Of a stretch of 64,000 nt of DNA, positions 48,466 to 58,466 are shown in pieces; the first letter of the stretch is position 1; each line of letters begins with the position of its first letter. The translations under genes and the position numbers were made by a program. The notes beneath the pieces were generated by a model. The model saw only the letters and a list, made by a program, of their open reading frames with translations. It did not search any database and was not told the origin of the DNA. The stretch is taken from NCBI GenBank assembly GCA_963851265.1, contig CAWKNZ010000002.1:1088001-1152000 (forward strand). Reading direction: 5' to 3'. Source of the DNA: an uncultured Gemmatimonadales bacterium. Its GTDB lineage: Bacteria > Gemmatimonadota > Gemmatimonadetes > Gemmatimonadales > Gemmatimonadaceae.

Positions 48466-49337
48466 CCGGGCCGACGACGGACGCGACCGCGAGCGGTTCG
48501 GCAGCCGGAGGTTGGACGGCGGTGCGTGTGCGCCCGCGCGGTGGCGCCCAGGCGGTGGAACGCGTCGCTGCCGCCCTCTTCGCGGCCGGCTCGATGGGAT
48601 TACACGAGGACGGGCCGACCCTCGCGACGCAGTTCCCCGACGGCGTCGACATCGACGCGGTGCGCGCAGCCGTACTCGCCGCCGACTCGACCGCGGACGT
48701 CGAGATCGCGCCGGCCGCACCGGTCGACTGGTCGGAGCGCTGGCGCGCCCTCATCGGCGCGCACGACCTCGGCGCACTCGCGATCGTGCCGCCGTGGTTG
48801 GCGGACGGCCGCGATCCGGCGCGCACGGTGGTGATCGATCCGGGGATGGCGTTCGGTACGGGCGATCACCCGACCACGCGCGGCGTCACCCGACTCCTTC
48901 CAGGCGTCATCCGGTCCGGGGACGTGGTCGCCGATCTCGGCGCGGGTAGCGCGGTGCTCGCCATCGCGGCCGCGAAGCTCGGCGCGCGGCGCGTCGCGGC
49001 GGTCGAGTTCGACCCGGACGCGATCGGCAACGCCGAGGAAAACGTCGCGCGCAACGGGGCCGCGGACGTGGTGACCGTCATCGAGGGCGATGCGGGTGTC
49101 CTGCTCCCACTCATCGCACCGGTGCGCGTCGTGCTCGCGAACATCATCTCGAGCGTCCTCGTCGACCTGTTGCCGGTCATCGAGCACGCGCTGGCCCCCG
49201 ACGGTGACGTCGTGCTGAGCGGGATCCTCTGGGAGGAGCGCACGGCGATGCTCGAGATCCTCGACGTCCGCGGCTGGCGCGTCGCGGCGGAGGATCGCGA
49301 AGACGCGTGGTGGAGCGTGCACGTGCGACGGGTGTGA
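48462..49337 (+). CDS. prmA: Ribosomal protein L11 methyltransferase
   Basis: IVPPW, IDPGMAFGTGDHPTT, DLGAGS, ANI, LSGI. Confidence 0.95.
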   Translation: MTGPTTDATASGSAAGGWTAVRVRPRGGAQAVERVAAALFAAGSMGLHEDGPTLATQFPDGVDIDAVRAAVLAADSTADVEIAPAAPVDWSERWRALIGAHDLGALAIVPPWLADGRDPARTVVIDPGMAFGTGDHPTTRGVTRLLPGVIRSGDVVADLGAGSAVLAIAAAKLGARRVAAVEFDPDAIGNAEENVARNGAADVVTVIEGDAGVLLPLIAPVRVVLANIISSVLVDLLPVIEHALAPDGDVVLSGILWEERTAMLEILDVRGWRVAAEDREDAWWSVHVRRV

Positions 49338-50152
49338 GGGCGCCGCCCGGCACGGGCGCCCGCCCGACGGTCGCGTCGTTCGTCGCGCGGGGCCCGCTCG
49401 TCGTCGGTCACGTCGTGCTCGACGCGGATGCAGCGCACCACGCCCGCGTCCGCCGCCTCGACGACGGCGATCCCGTCACGGTGCGCGACGGCGCCGGCGC
49501 GGTCGCGACGGGGCAGATCGCGCGGCTCGGGAAGCACGCGCTCGAGGTCACCATCGCCGCCGTCGACCACGTGCCCGCACCGGCCCCCGTCCACGTACTC
49601 GTCCCCGCGGGCGATCGGGACCGCATGCTCTGGCTCGCCGAAAAGGCCGTCGAGATTGGGGTGACGAGTTGGCGCGCCGTGCGCTGGCAGCGCTCGCGCA
49701 GCGTGTCGCCGCGAGGCGAGGGGGAGGCGTTCGTCGCCAAGCTCCGCGCCCGTATGACCCAGGCGCTCGCGCAGTGCGAGGGCGCGTGGTTGCCGGAAGT
49801 GCACGACGCACGCGAGGCCGACGATGTGGTGCGCGACCTGCCGTTGGGCGTGCGCCTGCTGCTCGACGGCGACGGTGTCGACCTCGTCGCGATCGAGTCC
49901 GAGTGTTCGACCGCGTCCGATCGTCACCGCGGGGCCGTCGTCGCGGTCGGGCCGGAGGGCGGCCTCGAAGCCGACGAGATCGCGTGCTGCGAGGTGGCGG
50001 GCTTCCGCCGGATGCGGCTCCCGGGCAATGTGTTGCGATTCGAAACTGCCGGCGTGCTCGGCGTCGCGTTCGCCCGCGCGCTGGTCGAGCGCGCGCGGCC
50101 GAGCGCGGCCGCCGCGACCGCGTTCACCCCTCACGACGTCGCCCGTGGCTGA
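49334..50152 (+). CDS. rsmE: 16S rRNA m3U1498 methyltransferase
   Basis: HHARVRRL, EKAVEIGV, VGPEGG, VLRFETA. Confidence 0.93.
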   Translation: MRAPPGTGARPTVASFVARGPLVVGHVVLDADAAHHARVRRLDDGDPVTVRDGAGAVATGQIARLGKHALEVTIAAVDHVPAPAPVHVLVPAGDRDRMLWLAEKAVEIGVTSWRAVRWQRSRSVSPRGEGEAFVAKLRARMTQALAQCEGAWLPEVHDAREADDVVRDLPLGVRLLLDGDGVDLVAIESECSTASDRHRGAVVAVGPEGGLEADEIACCEVAGFRRMRLPGNVLRFETAGVLGVAFARALVERARPSAAAATAFTPHDVARG

Positions 50153-50486
50153 CACCTGTCTGTTCTGCCGGATCGTCGCCGGTGAGATCCCCGCGACCAT
50201 CGTCGCCCAGAACGACGCGTGCGTCGCGTTCCGGGACGTGTCGCCTCGGGCGCCCCTGCACGTGCTGGTCGTGCCGCGCGCACACGTCGCGTCGCTCGGC
50301 GAGGCGACCGATCCGCTCCTCGTGGGACAGGTCGCGCTGCTGGCCGCGCAGGTCGCGCGCGACGCGGGCTACGGCGACCGCGGATTTCGGACCGTGATGA
50401 ACGACGGCCCCGACGCCGGTCAGACGGTGCGTCACCTCCACATGCACGTGTTGGCCGGTCGCCCGCTCGACTGGCCGCCGGGCTAG
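50145..50486 (+). CDS. hinT: Histidine triad (HIT) nucleotide-binding protein
   Basis: CLFCRI, HVLVVP, AGQTVRHLHMHVL, WPPG. Confidence 0.95.
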   Translation: MADTCLFCRIVAGEIPATIVAQNDACVAFRDVSPRAPLHVLVVPRAHVASLGEATDPLLVGQVALLAAQVARDAGYGDRGFRTVMNDGPDAGQTVRHLHMHVLAGRPLDWPPG

Positions 50487-50547
50487 CACGGCGCGCTTCT
50501 GCGGGCGACGATCGGTCGTCCCATTCCTTTTCACCTCCCGCCGGCCG

Positions 50548-50994
50548 ATGTCCGAACTCGCTGATCGCCTGCAAGCCGACCTCAACGCCTCGCGCAAGGC
50601 GCAGGACAAACCGCTGACGCTCGTGCTCGGGACCGTGCTGTCCGAGGTGAAGAACCGCCGCATCGAATTGCGCCGCGATCCCACCGACGAGGAAGTCGTC
50701 GAACTCGTGCGGCGCGGCATCAAGCGGCGCCGCGAGTCGGTCGAGATGTACCGCGCCGGCGGGCGCGAGGACCTCGAAGCGAAGGAGGCGTCCGAGATCC
50801 TCCTGCTCGAGCGCTACCTTCCGCCGACGGTGGACGAGGCCGAGATCCGCGGCGTCGCGCGCGCCGCCGTTGCCGGGGGTGCGGGCAACCTCGGCGCCAT
50901 CATGGGGAAGCTGATGGCGCAGTACAAGGGACGCGTCGAAGGGTCGGTGCTCAACCGCATCGCGCGCGAGGAGCTGGCCGCGGGAATGAGCTAG
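50548..50994 (+). CDS. GatB/YqeY domain protein
   Basis: IKRRRES..Y..GGREDL, YLPP, LGAIMG. Confidence 0.92.
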   Translation: MSELADRLQADLNASRKAQDKPLTLVLGTVLSEVKNRRIELRRDPTDEEVVELVRRGIKRRRESVEMYRAGGREDLEAKEASEILLLERYLPPTVDEAEIRGVARAAVAGGAGNLGAIMGKLMAQYKGRVEGSVLNRIAREELAAGMS

Positions 50995-51039
50995 CGGCGC
51001 GGCGCGATCCGTACGCGCGGCGCGGGGTAGTATTCGGCG

Positions 51040-53481
51040 ATGAATTCGCACGCGCTCACCGTCCTTGAGTATCCCCGCGTCCTGGCCGTCGTCGCCGACC
51101 GTGCGACGTCCACGCTCGGCGCCGCCCGCTTGCGGGCGCTCTCCCCGTCGTCGGACATCCCCTGGCTGGAAGGGGAGCACCGGCGCGTGGCGGCGGTGCG
51201 CGCGCTCGTCGCGAGTGAGGGCGGGTGGTCGCCAGAGCCAACGCCCGACCTGACCGAGCCGCTCGCGCGCCTGCGCGTCGTGGGCACCGTGTGGAGCGGG
51301 CCCGAGCTGGTCCAGGGCGCGACGTTGCTGCGCTCGTCGCGGCGCACGCGCGACGCGCTGTCGGACGCCAAGCGTCCGGCCATCGTCGCGGCCGTGCTCG
51401 CGCCATTCGCCGACCGCCTGCCGAGTGCGTCGCGCATGGAGCAGCAGGTCGAGCGGGCCGTCGCCGAGGACGGCACGGTGCGGGACGACGCGAGCGCGGT
51501 GCTTCGCGGGCTGCGGCGCGAGCTGCGCGGCGCGCAGGGCGAGCTGATCGCGTTGCTCGAGCGCGCCATCGGTCGACTCGAAGCGCACCAACAGGTGCCG
51601 GATGCGTCGGTCACGGTGCGCAACGGGCGCTACGTCATTCCGGTGCGTGCCGCCGCGCGCGGCGTGGTCGGCGGGATCGTGCACGACGCGTCGAGCACCG
51701 GCGCGACGCTGTTCGTCGAACCGCCGGCCGCGGTCGAGTTCGGAAACCGCATCCGCGAGCTCGAAGCGCGCGAGTCGGCGGAGGTCCAGCGTATCCTCGC
51801 CGAGCTGACCGATGAGCTTCGGCCCCTGCGCGAGGCGCTGCTCGCCGCGCTCGACGTGCTGGTCGCGCTCGACACGCTGTACGCGCGCGCGCGCTTCGCG
51901 ACCGAGTTCGGGTGCGCGCCGTGCGACATCGTGCCGGCCGGCGAGGGCTTCGCGATCGTGAACGGTCGCCACCCGCTCCTGCTCGCGCAGGGGGTCCCCG
52001 TCGTGCCGTTCGAGCTCGCGATGGACCCGAACGAGCACACTCTGCTCGTGTCCGGGCCCAACACCGGCGGCAAGACGGTGCTGCTGAAGGCGCTCGCGCT
52101 CGTCTCGCTGCTCGTCCAGAGCGGGATCCCGGCGCCGGTCGGCGACGAGAGCCGCGTCGCGGTCTTCGACGACTTCTTTGCCGACGTCGGCGACGAGCAG
52201 AGTCTGCAGGCATCGCTCTCGACGTTCTCGGCGCACCTCAAGAACCTCACCGAGATCGTCGCCGCCGCGACGCACGCGTCGCTCGTGCTCATCGACGAGC
52301 TCGGCTCCGGCACCGACCCGGTGGAAGGAGCGGCGTTAGGCGCCTCGGTGTTGGAGGAGTTGACGGGCCGCGGCACGACGACGATCGCGACCACGCACCT
52401 CGGCGCCCTGAAGGAGCTCGCGACCGAAGTGCGTGGCGTCGTGAACGCGTCGCTCCAGTTCGACGCCGTCGCGCTCGCGCCGACGTACCGGCTGCTCAAG
52501 GGCGTGCCGGGGCGCTCGTACGGCCTCTCGATCGCCCGCCGGCTCAACATGCCGGAGGCGATCGTCGCGCGCGCGGTCGAGCGCATTCCGAAGGGCGAGC
52601 GCGACGTCGACGCGCTGCTCGCCGACCTCGAAACGCGCGAGAAGGCGCTCGAAGATCGGGAGAAGCTCGCCGACGAGCTCGTCGAGAGCGGCCGGGCGCG
52701 TGCGCAGCGACTCGCCGAGCGTGAGAAGGCCGTGCGCGACCGCGAGCGCACGGCCGAGCGCGAGGCGCGCTTGGAGGCGCGCCGGCACCTTCTCGACGCC
52801 CGGAAACAGGTCGACCGTCTGCTTCGCGACCTCAAGACCGCCGCGTCCGAGTTGAGCGGTGTGCCGGCATCCGAGCTCGACGAGCGCGCGCGCGCCGCGC
52901 GGCGCCGTGCGGAGGAACTCGCCGCCGGACAGCAGGAGCACCTCGAGCGGCTCGCGCGCGAGGAGCGGAACCTCGCGCGCCGCGACACGCCGCGCGCCCG
53001 CCCGAACGGTGCCGCGCAGACGAGTGCGGCGAGCCCGCCCGCCGCGGGCGACACCGTCATCGTCCAGACGTTGGGCGGGAAGCTCGGCAAGCTCCTCGAA
53101 CTGCGGGGGAAGGACGCGGTCGTGGCGGTCGGCGCGTTGAAGCTGACCGTTCCGCTGGACGGCGTCGCGAAGACGTCGCAGCAGATTCCGAAGCCCGAGA
53201 TCGTCGTGCCATCGCTCGGCGCGCTCCCCGAGGTGCGCGCCCAGAGTGAGGTGGACCTGCGGGGCATCCGCGCGGACGAGGTCGACGACGCGCTCCTGCC
53301 GGCGATCGACGCGGCGGTGCACGCCGATCTGCGCCACCTCCGCATCATCCATGGCAAGGGAACCGGCGCGCTGCGCGAGCGCGTGACGGAGTTACTCCGC
53401 AAGGACACGCGCGCGCGCTCGTTCCGCATGGGGCTGTGGAACGAGGGAGGCTCCGGCGTGACCGTGGTGGACCTCGAGTGA
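51040..53481 (+). CDS. mutS2: Endonuclease MutS2
   Basis: SGPNTGGKT, DEQSLQASLSTFSAH, DELGSGTDP, TTH, C-terminal Smr IIHGKGTGAL. Confidence 0.97.
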   Translation: MNSHALTVLEYPRVLAVVADRATSTLGAARLRALSPSSDIPWLEGEHRRVAAVRALVASEGGWSPEPTPDLTEPLARLRVVGTVWSGPELVQGATLLRSSRRTRDALSDAKRPAIVAAVLAPFADRLPSASRMEQQVERAVAEDGTVRDDASAVLRGLRRELRGAQGELIALLERAIGRLEAHQQVPDASVTVRNGRYVIPVRAAARGVVGGIVHDASSTGATLFVEPPAAVEFGNRIRELEARESAEVQRILAELTDELRPLREALLAALDVLVALDTLYARARFATEFGCAPCDIVPAGEGFAIVNGRHPLLLAQGVPVVPFELAMDPNEHTLLVSGPNTGGKTVLLKALALVSLLVQSGIPAPVGDESRVAVFDDFFADVGDEQSLQASLSTFSAHLKNLTEIVAAATHASLVLIDELGSGTDPVEGAALGASVLEELTGRGTTTIATTHLGALKELATEVRGVVNASLQFDAVALAPTYRLLKGVPGRSYGLSIARRLNMPEAIVARAVERIPKGERDVDALLADLETREKALEDREKLADELVESGRARAQRLAEREKAVRDRERTAEREARLEARRHLLDARKQVDRLLRDLKTAASELSGVPASELDERARAARRRAEELAAGQQEHLERLAREERNLARRDTPRARPNGAAQTSAASPPAAGDTVIVQTLGGKLGKLLELRGKDAVVAVGALKLTVPLDGVAKTSQQIPKPEIVVPSLGALPEVRAQSEVDLRGIRADEVDDALLPAIDAAVHADLRHLRIIHGKGTGALRERVTELLRKDTRARSFRMGLWNEGGSGVTVVDLE

Positions 53482-53497
53482 TCCGGGCCCACCGCGC

Positions 53498-55531
53498 GTG
53501 ATCACCCCCGAGAGCATCGAGCGCGTGCGCGAGGCCGCCGACATCGTCGACATCGTCGGCGAGCACGTGAAGCTCAAGCGGAGCGGGTCGAGCTTCCGAG
53601 GCCCGTGCCCGTTCCACCACGGTACGGGTCCCAACTTCGCCGTCACCCCGCGCACGAACGCCTACTACTGCTTCGTCTGCCACGCGAAGGGCGACGTGAT
53701 CGGCTTCGTGCGCGACCACCTCGGGCTCGATTTCGTGGAAGCGGTGAAGTACGTCGCGGACCGCGCCGGCGTGGAGGTGCAGGAGACGCGGAACCGCCCC
53801 ACCGAGGAGCGCGACGCGCGCGAACCGCTCTGGGAGGCGAACGCTGCTGCCGCGGAGCTCTTCCGGACGACGCTCTGGGAGGACGCCGAGGCGCAGGGCG
53901 CGCGCGAATACCTCGCCTCGCGCGACGTCTCGCGCGACGACGCGGACCGGTTCGGACTCGGCTACGCGTGGCGCGACGGGTCGCGGTGGGTGCAGAAGCT
54001 CGGCGCGTTAGGCCACGACCCCGCGCGGTTGCTCGACGCGGGGCTGCTGGGGCGGCGCGACGAGCGCCCCGACGAGCCGTACCCGTACTACCGCGGGCGC
54101 CTCATGATCCCGATCCAGGACGCCGCGGGACGGACGGTCGGGTTCGGAGGCCGCGCGCTCCGCGCCGACCAGCAACCGAAGTACCTGAACTCGCCGCAGG
54201 GCGCGCTGTTCGACAAGGGGCGGCAGCTCTACGGCCTGTCGTGGGCCAAGCACCCGATCCGCAAGGCCGAGCGCGCGCTCGTGGTCGAAGGCTACTTCGA
54301 CGCGTTGCGGCTCGCGCTCGCGGGAATCGAGGAGACGGTCGCCGGCCTGGGCACCGCCCTCACCGAAGATCAGGCCGCGATCGTCGCCAAGCTCACGCGC
54401 AACGTGTTCCTCGTCTACGACGGGGATGGCCCGGGGCAGAAGGCGACCGTGAAGGCTGGGCACGCGCTGCTCCGGCTCGGCGTCGCGCCGCGTGTCGTAT
54501 CGCTTTCCGGCGGCGAGGACCCGGACACGTACGTCCGCGCGCACGGCCGTGAGGCGATCGAGGCCGCCCTCGCGCAGGGGCTCGACGTGCTCGACTGGCA
54601 GATCCTGCTGCTCCAGCGCCACGCGTACTTCACCGACCTGCACCGCACGCGTCGCGCGATCGACAAGCTCTTGCCCACCGTGCGCGCCGCGGCCGACCCG
54701 GTCACGCGTGACCTCTACATCGCGCGGCTGGCCGAAGTGGCGAAGCTCGACCGCGACGTGCTGCAGCGAGAGGTCGACGCGCCCCCACAGCGCGGGACGG
54801 GGGCGGCACCGCCCCCGGGATCGCAAGCGCCGACGGGCGGACCAGCCGCGCCGCGCGGCGCGGTCGCCGAGCCCGCTCGGGGAGCGCCGCGCGGCGCCCG
54901 CGAGGTGAGCGCGGACGGCGTCGAGTACGTGACGGCCGCACCCGCCCGCGAGGATCGCCCCGGATTCCGCCCGTTCGAGCGACGCACGCTGCGCGGGCGT
55001 CGGGCCGAGGAGTGGGTGAGCGTCCGCGCGGTCCCACGCGTCCCACTGGACGCGATCACGCGGCGCGCCGAACGCGAACTCGTGCGGGCGATGGTGCAGG
55101 ATCGCCGGCTCGTCGAGGCGGTCGCGGAAAAGTGGCAGCCCGAGGCCTTCCACGAGGATGCGTTCCGCGAGCTGTTCGCTCGGCTCCTGCACGACCCCGA
55201 CCAGCCGCTCGACGACGCCGCGCGCGGCTTCCCCGAGCAGGCCGTTCGCCTCATCGACGAAACGCTGAGCGAGCGCGACCCGTCGCCCGAACTCACCGTG
55301 GCGAGCTGGCTGGTGAAGCTGCAGGTGCGCGCGCTCGACAACGAGAAGGCCGAGATCCTGCGCAGGCTCACGGTGAATACGCCGCCGGTGCTCGACGGCG
55401 AGAAGGATCTGCTGATCACGCGCATGCAGGCCCTGCAAGCGGAGCGCGCGGCGCTCTCGCCGACGTACGGGCGGGTGGCCGCGTCGCGCGAGTCGTACGC
55501 CAACGAACCGGGCGCCGACGAGCGCCGCTGA
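53498..55531 (+). CDS. dnaG: DNA primase
   Basis: CPFHH...CFVC zinc finger, GFGGR, KYLNSP, VEGYFD, YDGD, DPD. Confidence 0.97.
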   Translation: MITPESIERVREAADIVDIVGEHVKLKRSGSSFRGPCPFHHGTGPNFAVTPRTNAYYCFVCHAKGDVIGFVRDHLGLDFVEAVKYVADRAGVEVQETRNRPTEERDAREPLWEANAAAAELFRTTLWEDAEAQGAREYLASRDVSRDDADRFGLGYAWRDGSRWVQKLGALGHDPARLLDAGLLGRRDERPDEPYPYYRGRLMIPIQDAAGRTVGFGGRALRADQQPKYLNSPQGALFDKGRQLYGLSWAKHPIRKAERALVVEGYFDALRLALAGIEETVAGLGTALTEDQAAIVAKLTRNVFLVYDGDGPGQKATVKAGHALLRLGVAPRVVSLSGGEDPDTYVRAHGREAIEAALAQGLDVLDWQILLLQRHAYFTDLHRTRRAIDKLLPTVRAAADPVTRDLYIARLAEVAKLDRDVLQREVDAPPQRGTGAAPPPGSQAPTGGPAAPRGAVAEPARGAPRGAREVSADGVEYVTAAPAREDRPGFRPFERRTLRGRRAEEWVSVRAVPRVPLDAITRRAERELVRAMVQDRRLVEAVAEKWQPEAFHEDAFRELFARLLHDPDQPLDDAARGFPEQAVRLIDETLSERDPSPELTVASWLVKLQVRALDNEKAEILRRLTVNTPPVLDGEKDLLITRMQALQAERAALSPTYGRVAASRESYANEPGADERR

Positions 55532-55592
55532 CGCGCGATGGTCCGCGTCGGCCGGTATACCCGCGGTCGCCCGGCTTCGTAGATTGGGCCTC

Positions 55593-57377
55593 GTGCCCGC
55601 ACACGCCACCGCTCGTCCGGCCGTTCGCCCGCGCCCTCGGCCTCGCTGGACCATCGCTCCCGCGCCGGACGCCGCGACGGTCGCCGCGCTCGCCGCCGGG
55701 TTGCAGCTGCCCGAAACCGTGTGTCGGCTGCTCGTCGTGCGAGGACATCGCGCGGTGGACGGTGCCAAGCACTACTTGCGCCCGCGCCTCGACCAGCTCC
55801 ACGCGCCCGACCGGCTGAACGGCGTCGCGCGGGCCGCCGAGCGGCTCGCCACGGCGGTGCGGCGGGGCGAAACGGTGCTGGTGCACGGCGATTACGACGT
55901 CGACGGGATGTGCTCGACTGCGATCATGGTGCGCGTGCTGCGCGCCGTCGGCGGCGTCGTGGTCCCGTTCATCCCCGACCGCCTCACGGACGGCTACGAC
56001 CTGACCGGGGCGGGCGTGCGCGCGGCCAAGGCGGCCGGCGCGGCAGTGGTGCTCACCTGCGACTGCGGAACCAGCGCGCACGGTCCCGTCGAGGCGCTCT
56101 GCGAGGCCGGGGTCGACGTGATCGTGAGCGACCACCACCTCCCGGGTCACGGGCGCGACGTGCCGGCGTGTCACGCGGTGCTCAACCCGAATGCGCCCGG
56201 CACCGACTACCCCGACGCGGACCGCGGGCTGTGCGCCGCGGGCGTCGCGTTCAAGCTCGCGCTCGCGCTCGTCCAGACGTTAGGCGCGAGCGACGCGATC
56301 GTCTGGCGGCAGCTCGACCTCGTCGCGCTCGCGACCATCGCGGACGTCGCACCGCTGCGGGGCGAAAATCGCGTGCTGGCGCGCTACGGCCTCAAGCTCA
56401 TGGCCGATTCGCCGAATGCCGGCCTGCGCGCGCTCGTTCGCGCGGCGGGGCTCGACGCGAAGCCGCTTACGGCCGGGCGGGTGGGCTTCATCCTCGCGCC
56501 GCGGCTCAACGCCGTCGGCCGGCTCGGGTCGGCGCTCCGCGGCGTGGAGCTGCTCACCACCGACGACGCGCACGAGGCGAACGTGATCGCGCGCGAGCTC
56601 GAGGAGCTCAACCGGCGGCGTCAGGATCTGGACCGCGCGACGCTCGACGCGGCACGCCGGCAGCTCGACCGGATCGACCTCGACGCCACCTACGGACTGG
56701 TGCTCGCGGGCGACGGCTGGCACCCGGGGGTGATCGGGATCGTCGCCTCGCGCGTCGTCGAGGAGACCGGGCGACCGGCCGTGCTGGTCGCCGTCGAGAA
56801 CGGGGTCGGGAAGGGCAGCGGCCGCTCGATCGCCGCGTTCGACCTGCACGACGCGCTCTCCGCGTGCGACGCACGCGGCCTGTTCCACCGCTTCGGCGGC
56901 CACAAGGCGGCCGCCGGCGTGACGCTCGACGCGGCCAAGGTGCCCGCCTTCGCCGAGGCGTTCGCCGCGGTCGCGCGCGAGCGGCTGACGAAGGACCAGC
57001 TCGTCCCCGAGCTGCGCGTCGACCTCGAGTTGCCGTTAGGCGCCGTCACCGACGCGCTCGAGGCCACGCTCCGCCACCTGGAGCCGCACGGCCTCGGCAA
57101 CGCGGCGCCGGTCCTCGCCGTACGCGGCGCGCGGCTCGCGACGCCGCCGCGTCCGGTCGGCACGGACGGCGTACGGCTGAGCTTCCGCACGCCCGACGGC
57201 GGCGAGATCGGCGCGATCGGGTGGGGGATGCTCGACCGCGCCGAGGGGCTGGACGTGCACACGCCGGTCGACGTCGCGTTCCGGCTCGAGCGCGACGACT
57301 ATCGTGGCGCCGACCGGCTGCAGCTACGGCTCGCCGACGTCACGCCGTCCGCGCGCACGGGCGCGCTCGCGGAGTAG
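55593..57377 (+). CDS. recJ: ssDNA exonuclease RecJ
   Basis: GDYDVDG, DCG, DHH, ATIADV, PRLNAVGR, GSGRS, GGH..AAG. Confidence 0.97.
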   Translation: MPAHATARPAVRPRPRPRWTIAPAPDAATVAALAAGLQLPETVCRLLVVRGHRAVDGAKHYLRPRLDQLHAPDRLNGVARAAERLATAVRRGETVLVHGDYDVDGMCSTAIMVRVLRAVGGVVVPFIPDRLTDGYDLTGAGVRAAKAAGAAVVLTCDCGTSAHGPVEALCEAGVDVIVSDHHLPGHGRDVPACHAVLNPNAPGTDYPDADRGLCAAGVAFKLALALVQTLGASDAIVWRQLDLVALATIADVAPLRGENRVLARYGLKLMADSPNAGLRALVRAAGLDAKPLTAGRVGFILAPRLNAVGRLGSALRGVELLTTDDAHEANVIARELEELNRRRQDLDRATLDAARRQLDRIDLDATYGLVLAGDGWHPGVIGIVASRVVEETGRPAVLVAVENGVGKGSGRSIAAFDLHDALSACDARGLFHRFGGHKAAAGVTLDAAKVPAFAEAFAAVARERLTKDQLVPELRVDLELPLGAVTDALEATLRHLEPHGLGNAAPVLAVRGARLATPPRPVGTDGVRLSFRTPDGGEIGAIGWGMLDRAEGLDVHTPVDVAFRLERDDYRGADRLQLRLADVTPSARTGALAE

Positions 57378-57387
57378 GGCGGACCGC

Positions 57388-57930
57388 ATGCGGATCGTTG
57401 CCGGTCGCTGGCGCGGGCGCCCGATCGACGCGCCGCGCGACGCGCGCGTGCGCCCCACGTCGGACAAGGTGCGCGAGGCGTGGCTCAGCATCGTCGCGGC
57501 CGAGGTGGCTGGGGCGGCAGTGGTCGACCTGTTCGCCGGCTCGGGCGCGTTGGGGATCGAGGCGCTCTCGCGTGGTGCCGCGACCTGCGATTTCGTCGAG
57601 TTAAACGCGGCGTCGCTGCGCGCGCTCGGCGCCAACCTCGAGCGCGTCGCCGCGGGTGACGCGGCGCGCGTCCGGCGCGGCGACGCGTTGCGGTTCGTCG
57701 AGGCGCTGCCGGCCTATGCGTACGACCTCGCCTTCGCCGACCCCCCCTACAGCACCGACGCCGCCATTCGCGTGGCCGAGCGATGGCTCGCGGTCCCGTT
57801 TGCGCGCGTACTGGGCGTCGAGCACGACGCGCGCGTCGCGTTGCCCGAGGCTGAAGACTCGCGCAAGTACGGCACGACGCGGGTGACGTTCTACCGCGCC
57901 GACCCGGTGATCTGGTCGGCGGATCCGTGA
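57388..57930 (+). CDS. rsmD: 16S rRNA m2G966 methyltransferase
   Basis: MRIVAG, RPTSDKVRE, DLFAGSGALG.EALSRGA, DPPY. Confidence 0.95.
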   Translation: MRIVAGRWRGRPIDAPRDARVRPTSDKVREAWLSIVAAEVAGAAVVDLFAGSGALGIEALSRGAATCDFVELNAASLRALGANLERVAAGDAARVRRGDALRFVEALPAYAYDLAFADPPYSTDAAIRVAERWLAVPFARVLGVEHDARVALPEAEDSRKYGTTRVTFYRADPVIWSADP

Positions 57931-58433
57931 CGCGCGCGGCCGTCTTCGCCGGCAGCTTCGACCCGATCACGCGCGGGCACGTCGACCTCGTGCGGCGTGC
58001 CGCGGCGCTGTTCGACCGCGTGACGGTCGCCGTCGCCGTGAACTCCGGAAAGCAGCCGTTGTTCACGCTCGACGAGCGCGTGCAACAGGTCCGCGACGCT
58101 CTCGCGGGCGCGGGTGTCGCGGCCGACGTCGCGCGACTCGACGGGTTGCTCGTGGCGTTCGCGCGGAGTGCGGGCGCGACGTTCCTCGTGCGCGGCGTCC
58201 GCAGCGTCGCGGACTTCGAGTACGAACAGCAGATGGCGCGGATGAACCGGCACGTCGCGCCCGAGATCGACACCGTGTTCCTCTCGCCGGCGCCCGAACT
58301 CGCCTGGGTGAGTTCGACCCTCGTCCGCGACGTCTCGCGCCTCGGCGAGTCGGTCGACGCGCTCGTCACGCCGAACGTCGCGACCGCGCTCCGTGCGCGG
58401 TTCGCGCGCGTGGACGCGGCCGCGCGCGCGTGA
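57927..58433 (+). CDS. coaD: Pantetheine-phosphate adenylyltransferase
   Basis: GSFDPITRGH, RGVR..DFEYE, SSTLVR. Confidence 0.97.
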   Translation: MTRAAVFAGSFDPITRGHVDLVRRAAALFDRVTVAVAVNSGKQPLFTLDERVQQVRDALAGAGVAADVARLDGLLVAFARSAGATFLVRGVRSVADFEYEQQMARMNRHVAPEIDTVFLSPAPELAWVSSTLVRDVSRLGESVDALVTPNVATALRARFARVDAAARA

Positions 58434-58466
58434 GCGGCGCGTGAGTCGCACGTGAGCGGTACGTGA
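58428..58466 (+). repeat. 11-bp tandem repeat (three full units plus a partial, CGTGA core) between coaD and pta
   Basis: GCGTGAGCGGC GCGTGAGTCGC ACGTGAGCGGT ACGTGA. Confidence 0.8.
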
